Under the pieces are notes generated by a model, which did no database searches, was not told the DNA's origin, and saw nothing but the letters and a program-made list of their open reading frames with translations. A DNA stretch of 64,000 nt, from positions 416,001 through 480,000 of the forward strand of contig CBDDDZ010000003.1 of the NCBI GenBank assembly GCA_965226795.1. Direction: 5' to 3'. The position numbers and the translations under genes were made by a program. Of the stretch, positions 31,025 to 41,362 are shown one piece after another. The stretch's first letter is position 1. Every line of letters begins with the position of its first letter. The stretch is from Candidatus Latescibacterota bacterium (GTDB taxonomy: Bacteria > Latescibacterota > UBA2968 > GCA-2709665).

Positions 31025-32707
31025 TCAGTGGCTGTCGAGCACGCGTTTCACGCGTTCCATAACTTGCTGCTGCAAAATCGTGAGCAGGTTGAACATGGTC
31101 CAGTATAGGACCAGACCGGAGGACATGCTCCAGAATATCCAGGTCATGAAAACGGGCATCATGTAGACCATGACCGCCTGCTTGGGATCTTTCATGGTCA
31201 TTTTTGACTGCACAAATGTAGAGACGGCCATAAGTAGTGGCAGAAGGTGGATTTCAATACCGCCAATGAAAAACCGGTCCGGCTGCGAGAGGTCGGTAAT
31301 CCAGAACACGAACTCGGACTGGCGGAGTTCGATCGCGCCCCGGAACACATTGAACAGCGAAAAGAGGATGGGCATCTGGATGACCATCGGCAGGCAGCCC
31401 CCCAGGGGGTTCACCCCCTCCACCTTGTAGAGCTTCATCATATCCCGGCTGACCTTCTGTTGATCATCCGGGTGTTTTTTTTTCAACGCGGCGATCTTGG
31501 GCTGGAGTTGCTGCATCCTGGCGGCTGCTTCGAGACTCTTGTGCGTTAGCGGAAACACCACGATTTTGATAAGCACGGAAAAGACGATAATGACCAGGCC
31601 ATAGTTCTGAATCAGGGGATGGAGCGCGAGAAAAGCCTGGAGATTCAAATTGGTGATGGGCTTTATGATTGGCCGGAACATGGCAAAGCCATACTCCATG
31701 AACTCCTCCATCTCCAGTTCCCGGTAATTGCCCCACAGGTCCCCATTCTGCCGCCTGAGCAGATCGTAGGATTTCGGGCCGAAATAAATCCCGTATCTCT
31801 GTCCCGGATCGACGCCCTTTTCCAAGATTTCGACATTGTACCATTCGGCGGTATCTCGCATGTCGCCGCCCAGATTCAGGCCATAGCTGCCTTCCGGCGG
31901 AATCAGGGCAACCAGGAAATATTTGTTCTGAATCCCAACCCATGAGATCCGCCCCCCTGGCGGGAGGTCGCCGTCGGGTCCAAGATCCTCCACGTTCCAG
32001 GTTTCCACCTCACCGCCCGCCCGGGTGACAACCGCCATATAGACTGCGTTCTCTGCCGGGCTGTTCTCGGTATCGGCAAGACTGCCCGACCAGCCAACGC
32101 CCAGCCTCTCTTGAGGCTGCAATCCGGATACGGTTACCCCCATGTCCGCCCGGTACCGGTTACCCTGAAAGCGAATCCGCTTCTCGATCGAGCGCGTTCC
32201 CGATTGCGCCGTGAAGATCAGTTCGGCCTGCTCGGCCCCGATTAGGTTGAGCCTCGGTGTGTCAGTGAAAAACTCGTATGCATCCAGCGATTCACCGGCT
32301 AACGATAGACCCAGCGCGGTGCTCCCTGGCGCGAAAAGATCGAGCTGTCCCCCGTCCGGATGTTCATAGGCCCTCAGGCGAAGGCGGGTCAATACCCCGC
32401 CCCGGGTGCTGAACGTGGCAGTAAAGAGGTCGGTTTCGACAATGACGTCCTGCGGGGTGAATTCCCCTTCGCCGTATCGAGGGATCCGCGGATCCCTCGA
32501 TACGGCGAAGGGCGCATCCGGCGCAATCTCGGGCTGGCGGATGGGCTGGTCCGGCGACAGCGCCGGAGGCGTTCGCATGCTTTCGGCGGGGACCCGTTCA
32601 TGTGGCGAGATAGGAGTCGGCTCCCCCAGTATCCATTCCATATAATGGGGATAGAGGATGATGATCAGGCCGATTAAAACAAAGGCGAGGATTGTACGCT
32701 TATCCAT
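31025..32707 (-). CDS. yidC: Membrane protein insertase YidC
   Basis: MDKRTILAF TM1, YFGPK, NYGLVII, GGCLP, WITDLSQPD, GLVLYW. Confidence 0.95.
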   Translation of the reverse strand: MDKRTILAFVLIGLIIILYPHYMEWILGEPTPISPHERVPAESMRTPPALSPDQPIRQPEIAPDAPFAVSRDPRIPRYGEGEFTPQDVIVETDLFTATFSTRGGVLTRLRLRAYEHPDGGQLDLFAPGSTALGLSLAGESLDAYEFFTDTPRLNLIGAEQAELIFTAQSGTRSIEKRIRFQGNRYRADMGVTVSGLQPQERLGVGWSGSLADTENSPAENAVYMAVVTRAGGEVETWNVEDLGPDGDLPPGGRISWVGIQNKYFLVALIPPEGSYGLNLGGDMRDTAEWYNVEILEKGVDPGQRYGIYFGPKSYDLLRRQNGDLWGNYRELEMEEFMEYGFAMFRPIIKPITNLNLQAFLALHPLIQNYGLVIIVFSVLIKIVVFPLTHKSLEAAARMQQLQPKIAALKKKHPDDQQKVSRDMMKLYKVEGVNPLGGCLPMVIQMPILFSLFNVFRGAIELRQSEFVFWITDLSQPDRFFIGGIEIHLLPLLMAVSTFVQSKMTMKDPKQAVMVYMMPVFMTWIFWSMSSGLVLYWTMFNLLTILQQQVMERVKRVLDSH

Positions 32708-33065
32708 TCGTCAACCCTGTATTGAGGATATGCAATCGTGAAGAAAGGAACTGGAATGGTTCCGGATCTAATACAGAAAATCGATTCCCGCAGATAAAGA
32801 AGGAGGGACAATTGTTCTGTCCCGGAAATATGTCATCATTCATCCGCCGATTCACCCGGTGTCGCTGCGTTGCATGCGGTGCCTGTGCTGCTTGCGTTGA
32901 GCTTGTCGAAACGAGCCTGTTGAAGTGCCACCGCTCGCCGACCTTGCGCTGGTCGCAGGCGCCTTGCGAGTCGGGCGAATTTCGGCAATCTATTTCCGGG
33001 TCAGAACACTGGCGGGGGCGTAATGAGGAGGGCGACAAACATCCGAAGACAAAGAGGAGAACTAT

Positions 33066-33428
33066 TCAACGAGGAAGCAACCCGAACGACGGGATGGACG
33101 ACACGCGGTGAAGACCCAGATTTCCAAACGCGGAGATCAGATCCGCACGGAGATCCCGGAACCCTGCACAGGCCGAACCGTCGCCAACGGAAATAAAGAC
33201 CATATGACCCGTGCGGCCGTGCGGGACCATTTCCATGCAGATAGCACGAATTCGCCGCCGCGCGCGATTTCGCGCAACTGCCTTTCCAAACCGCTTCCGC
33301 ACGGAAATGAAGATACGATCTTCCGCGGATTTACACGCACGGACGTGCAACCAGCGGCCCCTGAATAAAGATCCGGCCCGGCGTAGATTCTGAACCTCCG
33401 TGCGCAACCGGGCTTTAGGCTTGCTCAT
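33066..33428 (-). CDS. rnpA: Ribonuclease P protein component
   Basis: KRFGKAVARNRARRRIR RNR motif; lies just after rpmH. Confidence 0.88.
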   Translation of the reverse strand: MSKPKARLRTEVQNLRRAGSLFRGRWLHVRACKSAEDRIFISVRKRFGKAVARNRARRRIRAICMEMVPHGRTGHMVFISVGDGSACAGFRDLRADLISAFGNLGLHRVSSIPSFGLLPR

Positions 33429-33429
33429 T

Positions 33430-33564
33430 CTAGAGGGAAATCCTCACGCGGCCCTTTCGACGGCGCCTGGAGAATATCTTGCGCCCACCGGGGGTCCGCA
33501 TGCGATGGCGAAAGCCGTGTTTGTTTTTTCGTTTCCGGTTGCTGGGCTGGAATGTCCGCTTCAT
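33430..33564 (-). CDS. rpmH: 50S ribosomal protein L34
   Basis: Manual translation [44 protein letters not shown] (below the ORF-track cutoff). Confidence 0.97.
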   Translation of the reverse strand: MKRTFQPSNRKRKNKHGFRHRMRTPGGRKIFSRRRRKGRVRISL

Positions 33565-33630
33565 AACATTGTCCGTGCGTTATGCAAAAAATAGCCGTTC
33601 GCGTATCTGAATGCATTGTAGGAAGTTATG

Positions 33631-33659
33631 AATATAGAGGGGGACGGAATCTTTGTCAA
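33631..33659 (-). promoter_or_regulatory. sigma70 promoter for rpmH-rnpA
   Basis: Minus strand TTGACA-N17-TATATT. Confidence 0.75.
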
Positions 33660-33695
33660 GTGATTTCCTCGGTATCCATATGATCACACGAAATA

Positions 33696-33741
33696 CCACT
33701 ACATATTGTATTTCTTTCACTTAATATCCATTATATAGGGC
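33696..33741. promoter_or_regulatory. Tandem NrdR-box-like sites
   Basis: CCACTACATATTGTAT and ATCCATTATATAGGGC, 30 bp apart, versus consensus acaCwAtATaTwGtg. Confidence 0.5.
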
Positions 33742-33797
33742 TTCCACTTTATCGAACCATAGTTGAAAAATAGGCTGTATTTTCTGGCATAAAGGGC

Positions 33798-33826
33798 TTG
33801 ACTTTTCCAACTCTATTCTTTAGTTT
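33798..33826 (+). promoter_or_regulatory. sigma70 promoter for dnaA
   Basis: TTGACT-N17-TAGTTT. Confidence 0.55.
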
Positions 33827-34139
33827 GCTCCCTCCAATTGCCGAGGATAGTTCCTTCGGCGACTCCCCCGTTTTTTGTTCTTCATTCTTTATCGTCGATT
33901 CTTCGTGTGACCGGACGGCCACCGGCAGGCCACATTGTTGTCCAATTGTAAGGAATTCATTCCTTCCTTTGGCGTGAATTGCATCCCCCCAGAATATCTT
34001 CTGTAATACTCCCTCCAATAGATGATCTTCTGGCTTCTGGCGGGGCTCGGCATAATTCCCGGCCAACTCTCTCTTATATTGCAAATCGGGTTTAGCGGCG
34101 GCTCATGTCCCTCGCTGACGTATGGGTGGTTTTGTCTCT

Positions 34140-35549
34140 ATGGTTGAAAATCCTTCCGACCTCTGGGGCCAGTGTCTGCGAAAAATAGAGGGAAAAGTCG
34201 AGGCGGACGCCTACCTCACATGGTTCGCCCAGACGTCCTCACCGCGGATGGGGGCCGAGTTCGCTGTCATTGAGGTGCCAACCTCTTTTTTTGCGGACTG
34301 GCTTGAAGAACATTGGCTTGATTTAATCCAGACTACAATAAAAGAGATTACTTCCTGGACGCCGGAAGTCAGATTCGATGTCGAGAAAGATGTTCGGTCG
34401 ACCTCAGGGGCGCCACTCGATTTCTCTCTTAATGACGATTCCGCACCTCCTCGGAATCCCGAACCCGAACAAAAACCGGTCGCTCCCGCACCTGTCTCCG
34501 AAGCCGTCTTTCCCCTGAATCCCAGATATCGGTTTGAAGATTTCGTCGTCGGCGAGAGCAATCAATTCTCATTTACGGCGGCGAAAGCCGTCGCGGAATC
34601 GCCCGGCCGGATATCCTACAATCCGCTGGTTATCTATAGCGGCGTGGGCCTGGGTAAAACCCACCTGCTACAGGCTATTGGCGACTATTGCGTACGCAAC
34701 AATACAGCCCGCCGTGTGGTGTATGCCACGGCCGAGCGGTTCTATACCGACTATCTGAAAGCCATTCAGAAACAGGATACGTCCACGTATATCGAAATTT
34801 ATCGAAACGCGGACATTCTTCTGATTGACGACATTCAGTTTTATGTAAAGACCGAAGCGTGCCAGCGCGAGTTCATTCACACATTCAACGCATTATATCA
34901 ACTGAACAAACAGATCGTCTTGAGTTCAGACCGCCCGCCGTCAACCCTTAAGGGATTCGAAGACAGGCTTATTTCACGGTTTCAGTGGGGCCTTGTTTCG
35001 GATATTGACCGGCCAGACCTGGAAACCCGGATTGCCATTGTCAATCAGAAGGCCGCCGATCATGGTGTCCGCATCCCCCAGGATGTTGCTCGTTTCCTGG
35101 CCGAACAGGTAGATTCCAACATCCGGGAACTGGAAGGCGCCCTGACCCACCTCATTACTTTTTCGGTATATAAACGCGCACCTGTTTCACTCGAAATCGC
35201 CAGGGATACCATAAAGAGTCTGGGGCGCGTGAAGGCCATCACAACATCCGCAGTCAGCATAGAGGAGATCAAGAAGAGTACGGCGAGGTTCTTCAACATA
35301 TCCGTTGAAATGTTGACCGGGTCCACCCGCAAGCAGGAAATCGCCACAGCTCGGCATATCTGCATGTACCTTTGCAGAAGGCTTACCGAGGCGCCCCTCA
35401 AGTCCATCGGCACCGAATTCGGGAATAGGGATCATACAACAGTCATTCACGCGTGCAAAAACATCGCCGCCAAGCTTTCAACCGACCCCGATTTCCAAAC
35501 GCTCGTCAGCCGCATCCAAAACAGAGTACAGCAGTTCGCATCGGCCTGA
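34140..35549 (+). CDS. dnaA: Chromosomal replication initiator DnaA
   Basis: YNPLVIYSGVGLGKTHL, LLIDDIQF, RLISRFQWG, NIRELEG, RDHTTVIHA. Alternative start at 34122. Confidence 0.97.
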   Translation: MVENPSDLWGQCLRKIEGKVEADAYLTWFAQTSSPRMGAEFAVIEVPTSFFADWLEEHWLDLIQTTIKEITSWTPEVRFDVEKDVRSTSGAPLDFSLNDDSAPPRNPEPEQKPVAPAPVSEAVFPLNPRYRFEDFVVGESNQFSFTAAKAVAESPGRISYNPLVIYSGVGLGKTHLLQAIGDYCVRNNTARRVVYATAERFYTDYLKAIQKQDTSTYIEIYRNADILLIDDIQFYVKTEACQREFIHTFNALYQLNKQIVLSSDRPPSTLKGFEDRLISRFQWGLVSDIDRPDLETRIAIVNQKAADHGVRIPQDVARFLAEQVDSNIRELEGALTHLITFSVYKRAPVSLEIARDTIKSLGRVKAITTSAVSIEEIKKSTARFFNISVEMLTGSTRKQEIATARHICMYLCRRLTEAPLKSIGTEFGNRDHTTVIHACKNIAAKLSTDPDFQTLVSRIQNRVQQFASA

Positions 35550-36420
35550 ATCCCCCCTCATCTGTTGTTTCGGTTGTGGCTGCACAGTCTCATTATTACG
35601 GTGATCACCTTATAGTTTACATCATAAGGCGCGGTAGCAGGGCAATACAGACAACCCACATGATTGAACCGAAGAACGACCGATTCCCGCCTTGAATCGG
35701 TTTTTTTATTGAAACCCGAATATCTTACAGTGAGCACCTTATAGTTTACATCGTCCTCCTCTGCAGGATGGGTAATAAACGTCTACTGTTTACCGCTCCT
35801 GGTATTATCAACAATAAACAAGTCCTCATATTGTTAATGTTTATTGAATTTAAAATACATGATATCTAAAAATACAACAACAACAAGGCCCGTTGGGAAG
35901 TGGAAAAGATCGAATTCGCCCGTTCAGGGTAAGGAAAATCCGGTCGCAGTATTGTAGAAACGTTATGGAAAACATGTGTATATCCGGCGTGTTGTTCACC
36001 TCAGTGGCACGTGTGCACCCACGTCTATCGTTTTCCACAGTTTCTCCCGAAAGTTATTCACAAACCCGGATCTCGGTAACAGAAACGCGAGCATTCGTAA
36101 TATCTGATATAAAAATATATATTTGTATCCATAACGTATACGAGAGTCGCAGGGAATTTCACTAGTTTTGCTAACAATGGCGAATGTGGATATCGTGCCG
36201 AGGCCCGAGACGGTGATCCGGCAGGATCGTACCGGTCGCCTGATCCACGGGGAAAGCATGGCCGGATCGGCGGAGATCGTTCACGTTCGGATTTAAAGCC
36301 GCAGTAGCGGCTCCAGGGGTGGGCAGGGGACGGTTGAAGGGGTTGGAAACGACAGACTTTGGGGTGGCGTAGAGGGCGGTTCGAAAGAGGGTTTGCACTG
36401 GACCGCGCAAAAGACAAAAA
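35550..36420. other. Probable oriC (dnaA-dnaN intergenic)
   Basis: AT-rich 35800-35880; perfect DnaA boxes TTTTCCACA (36031) and TTATTCACA (36054); several one-mismatch boxes near 35805, 35899, 35964, 35975 and 36185. Confidence 0.8.
35679..35707 (+). terminator. Intrinsic terminator after dnaA
   Basis: ACCGATTC-ccgcctt-GAATCGGT followed by a T run. Confidence 0.7.
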
Positions 36421-36423
36421 ACG

Positions 36424-36452
36424 TTGACAAATTCGATAAAAATCAGTATATT
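36424..36452 (+). promoter_or_regulatory. sigma70 promoter for the dnaN operon
   Basis: TTGACA-N17-TATATT. Confidence 0.8.
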
Positions 36453-36570
36453 ACGTCATGGTTTCCAACGGCCCGCCGAGCCGTTTTTTTTGCGATGAAT
36501 ACAAAGCGGGATTTTAACCCGGATTCGATGGGGCAACGTCAATGCCGGACGTGTTCCCGGGAGACATAAA

Positions 36571-37770
36571 ATGAAGGTGGTTATTGAGCAGGAGATGCTC
36601 ATCTGGGGCATCAACTCGGTGCTGGATATCGTCCCGTCCAAAACAGCCCTTCCGGTGCTGTCGAATATTCTTGTCGGAACCAACGCGAGCGGGGAGGTAT
36701 GCCTTAGCGCGACAGATCTTGATATTTCCATTCACTGCATGCTTGCGGGTACCGTGGAAACAGCGGGTTCAACCACGGTCCCGGCCCGGAAATTCGCCGA
36801 GATCGTGCGGGAGTTGCCCGAAGGTCCCATTGTTCTGGCCGAAGAATCCGGACGCGTGACGATCCAGTGCCAATCAGGTCTGGAAGGAACGTATGCCCTC
36901 ATGACGACGCCCGCGGAAGACTTTCCCGAATTGCCCACGGAGGTCGAGGGTCCCGAGATGGTTTTCGCGCCCGGAGAAGATGCGCCCGAGGGTGTTGGCG
37001 AAGGCCAGTTGTTGCGGGAGATGATTCTGAAGACAACGTTTGCCGTCTCCAGAGATGAAACCAGACCGGTCCTGAACGGTGTGTTCTGGAAGGTAGGCAG
37101 CGGCCGGATGACCATGGTAGCCACGGATGGAGCCAGGCTGGTCAGATACTCCCGGACGCTCTCCGGTTCGGAGGCGCACGAGGTCTCCACGGAGGCAATC
37201 GTGCCCACGCGGGCGCTGAACCATCTGGTCAAGCTGGCTTCGGCCGGCAGCAGCCTGACCCGGGTGCAGTTCGGTCAGAATCACCTGATGTTCGATCTGC
37301 AGGCCGCCAATGGCTCCGTAAAGAACGCCAGGGGCGCCATTCGTCTGTTTTCCCGCCTGGTCGAAGGCCCCTATGTAGACTACGAGCAAGTAATCCCTCA
37401 GGACAATGACACAAGGATGAAGGTGCCCAATAGCCTGTTTATGCCCGCTGTTCGACGGGTCTCCATTCTTTCAAGCGCACAGACTCACCAGGTTCGCCTT
37501 GAAATGAACAACAACCGCGTCGTACTCTCGGCTTCGAGCCAGGAAATTGGAGGCGAGGCTCGCGAGGTGCTCGAAGCCGAATATAGCGGCGATGAAATGG
37601 TGGTTGGTTACAATTCGAACTATCTCCTGGATATTCTCAGGCGTATCGACTCCGAGCAGGTATCATTAGAGATGGACGGACCCATGGCGGCGGGGATCAT
37701 TCGGCCGGCGGAACAGCCGGAAGGCGAAGACTACCTGTGCCTGCTGATGCCGCTTCGGACAAACGACTGA
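36571..37770 (+). CDS. dnaN: DNA polymerase III beta sliding clamp
   Basis: LPVLSNIL, ATDLDI, ETRPVLNG, VATDGARL, SRLVEG.YVDYEQVIP, LLMPLR. Confidence 0.97.
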   Translation: MKVVIEQEMLIWGINSVLDIVPSKTALPVLSNILVGTNASGEVCLSATDLDISIHCMLAGTVETAGSTTVPARKFAEIVRELPEGPIVLAEESGRVTIQCQSGLEGTYALMTTPAEDFPELPTEVEGPEMVFAPGEDAPEGVGEGQLLREMILKTTFAVSRDETRPVLNGVFWKVGSGRMTMVATDGARLVRYSRTLSGSEAHEVSTEAIVPTRALNHLVKLASAGSSLTRVQFGQNHLMFDLQAANGSVKNARGAIRLFSRLVEGPYVDYEQVIPQDNDTRMKVPNSLFMPAVRRVSILSSAQTHQVRLEMNNNRVVLSASSQEIGGEAREVLEAEYSGDEMVVGYNSNYLLDILRRIDSEQVSLEMDGPMAAGIIRPAEQPEGEDYLCLLMPLRTND

Positions 37771-37783
37771 TGGGCGATGCGTT

Positions 37784-38866
37784 TTGCACCTTACGGCGCT
37801 AAAGCTTGTCAACTATCGAAATTTCGATACCGTCGACTTTGAGTTTACAGGCCGGAAAACGGCGGTTTTCGCCAAAAACGGCGTGGGTAAGTCGAACCTG
37901 CTGGAAGCCATATATTTTCTTGCCATAGCCAAGTCCGGTCGCGGCTCAAGAGACAGAGACGTCGTTCGGTGGGGGGCGGAATACTTCAGCATCGATGCGG
38001 CGGTTGCCTACAAAGACCGCTCAAGGTCGATCCGAATCGCATTCGACCGAAGAGCAGGCAAAAAAAAAGCGCTTCTGGATGCAGCCCCACTCCCTCGTCT
38101 TTCGAACCTTATCGGCACCTTTAACGCCGTTCTGTTCTTCCCGGAAGATGTAGACCTGGTCTTGCGGGATCCTCCCCAGCGTCGTCGTCTTCTGGATATC
38201 CTTGTTTCTCAGTGCCAGACCTCCTATCTGTCCGATCTGGATCAGTACCGTCGTGTACTGGTCCAGAGGAACCGGCTGCTGAAAGAAGGTCAGAGGCGGC
38301 CCCTGGACGTCCGTCATCTGGCGCCCTGGGACGTTCAACTGGCGGCGCTTGGGGCGCGGATTATTCGCGACAGGCTGGACGCACTGGATGCGATGCGACC
38401 CGCAATCGACGCGTATTATCGCCAGATTTCCCGCAGCAAAGAACAGGTCGCGTCGGTTTACCGCAGTCCCGTAAATGCCGATGACCGAGACCGCGGGCAG
38501 GAGATATTGGAGGCCGAACTTAGCCAACGGCGTGCAGACGAAGCGCTCCTGGGTTATACGCTGGTCGGCCCACACAGGGACCATTTGATTTTCACATTGG
38601 ATGGCCGAAGCGCACACAAGTTTGCCTCCAAGGGCCAACTCAAGAGCATTCTGCTGGCCTGGAAGCTTGCCGAGGCAGCCTATCTGGAGTCCCACACCGG
38701 CCGTTCCCCTGTGCTGCTGATGGACGACATTTTCGCCGAACTGGATCAAAACCGAGCAGAGGCGGGCATGGATCTTGTCGCTTCTTTCGGGCAGGTGTTC
38801 ATTACGTCCGCGCGCGAACCCGACGTGAATTTCAAGGACCGGGGATTTCAATTGTTGGCGCTATAG
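37784..38866 (+). CDS. recF: DNA replication/repair protein RecF
   Basis: NYRN, NGVGKSNLLEAI, GPHRD, SKGQ, LLMDDIFAELD. Confidence 0.95.
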   Translation: MHLTALKLVNYRNFDTVDFEFTGRKTAVFAKNGVGKSNLLEAIYFLAIAKSGRGSRDRDVVRWGAEYFSIDAAVAYKDRSRSIRIAFDRRAGKKKALLDAAPLPRLSNLIGTFNAVLFFPEDVDLVLRDPPQRRRLLDILVSQCQTSYLSDLDQYRRVLVQRNRLLKEGQRRPLDVRHLAPWDVQLAALGARIIRDRLDALDAMRPAIDAYYRQISRSKEQVASVYRSPVNADDRDRGQEILEAELSQRRADEALLGYTLVGPHRDHLIFTLDGRSAHKFASKGQLKSILLAWKLAEAAYLESHTGRSPVLLMDDIFAELDQNRAEAGMDLVASFGQVFITSAREPDVNFKDRGFQLLAL

Positions 38867-38893
38867 CGTCGATGTCGCCGCTTGGATCGAAGA

Positions 38894-39241
38894 ATGGCGT
38901 ACTTTGAAGATATTGAGAGCCAGACACCGGCGTCCGGTCGTACCGGCGCAGGTACCGTTCCTCTTGACGTGGCTCTCCGGGAGGCAGTGCGGGCGCTGGG
39001 CATCGAGGTGCAGCTCCTCGAGCAGCGTGCGCTGATGCTGTTGCCCGAGGTGATAAACGAATTCAGCGGTGTGCCGGACGCGATGGCCCGAACGGCCGAG
39101 ATTCGTCGAGGCGAGCTTGTGATCTGGATCAGACAGCACGCCGTGCGCCACCGGCTGCTGTTCGAGCGGCATCGAATCCAGGCCAGGTTGAACGAGGCCG
39201 TCGGTCGAGACGTCGTAACGTCGATTCGGTTCGGGAGATGA
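38894..39241 (+). CDS. DUF721 / DciA-like helicase-loader family protein
   Basis: Position between recF and gyrB; GELVIW...RLNEAVGRDVVTSIRF pattern. Confidence 0.7.
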   Translation: MAYFEDIESQTPASGRTGAGTVPLDVALREAVRALGIEVQLLEQRALMLLPEVINEFSGVPDAMARTAEIRRGELVIWIRQHAVRHRLLFERHRIQARLNEAVGRDVVTSIRFGR

Positions 39242-39329
39242 ACGACGGTCGCAGCAGCACAAATGCACCAGCATTATGAACCCCAGGTGATAAAGGCTCC
39301 ATTGGAGAAAACGCCGGGATAGACATTGA

Positions 39330-41291
<1,962 letters not shown>

Positions 41292-41362
41292 GCGAGCGCC
41301 GCAGGGGTTCTGCCGCCTCGCAAGGGCGGGCGTTGACCTGACAAACACGGGGGATAAAAAGG

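Noticed and set aside
32700..33038. 112-aa minus-strand ORF between rnpA and yidC
   Set aside because: No motifs, and it reads through a REP-like element; likely spurious.
35596..35623. dif/Xer site
   Set aside because: The XerD arm TTATGTTAAAT is not matched and the location is origin-proximal.
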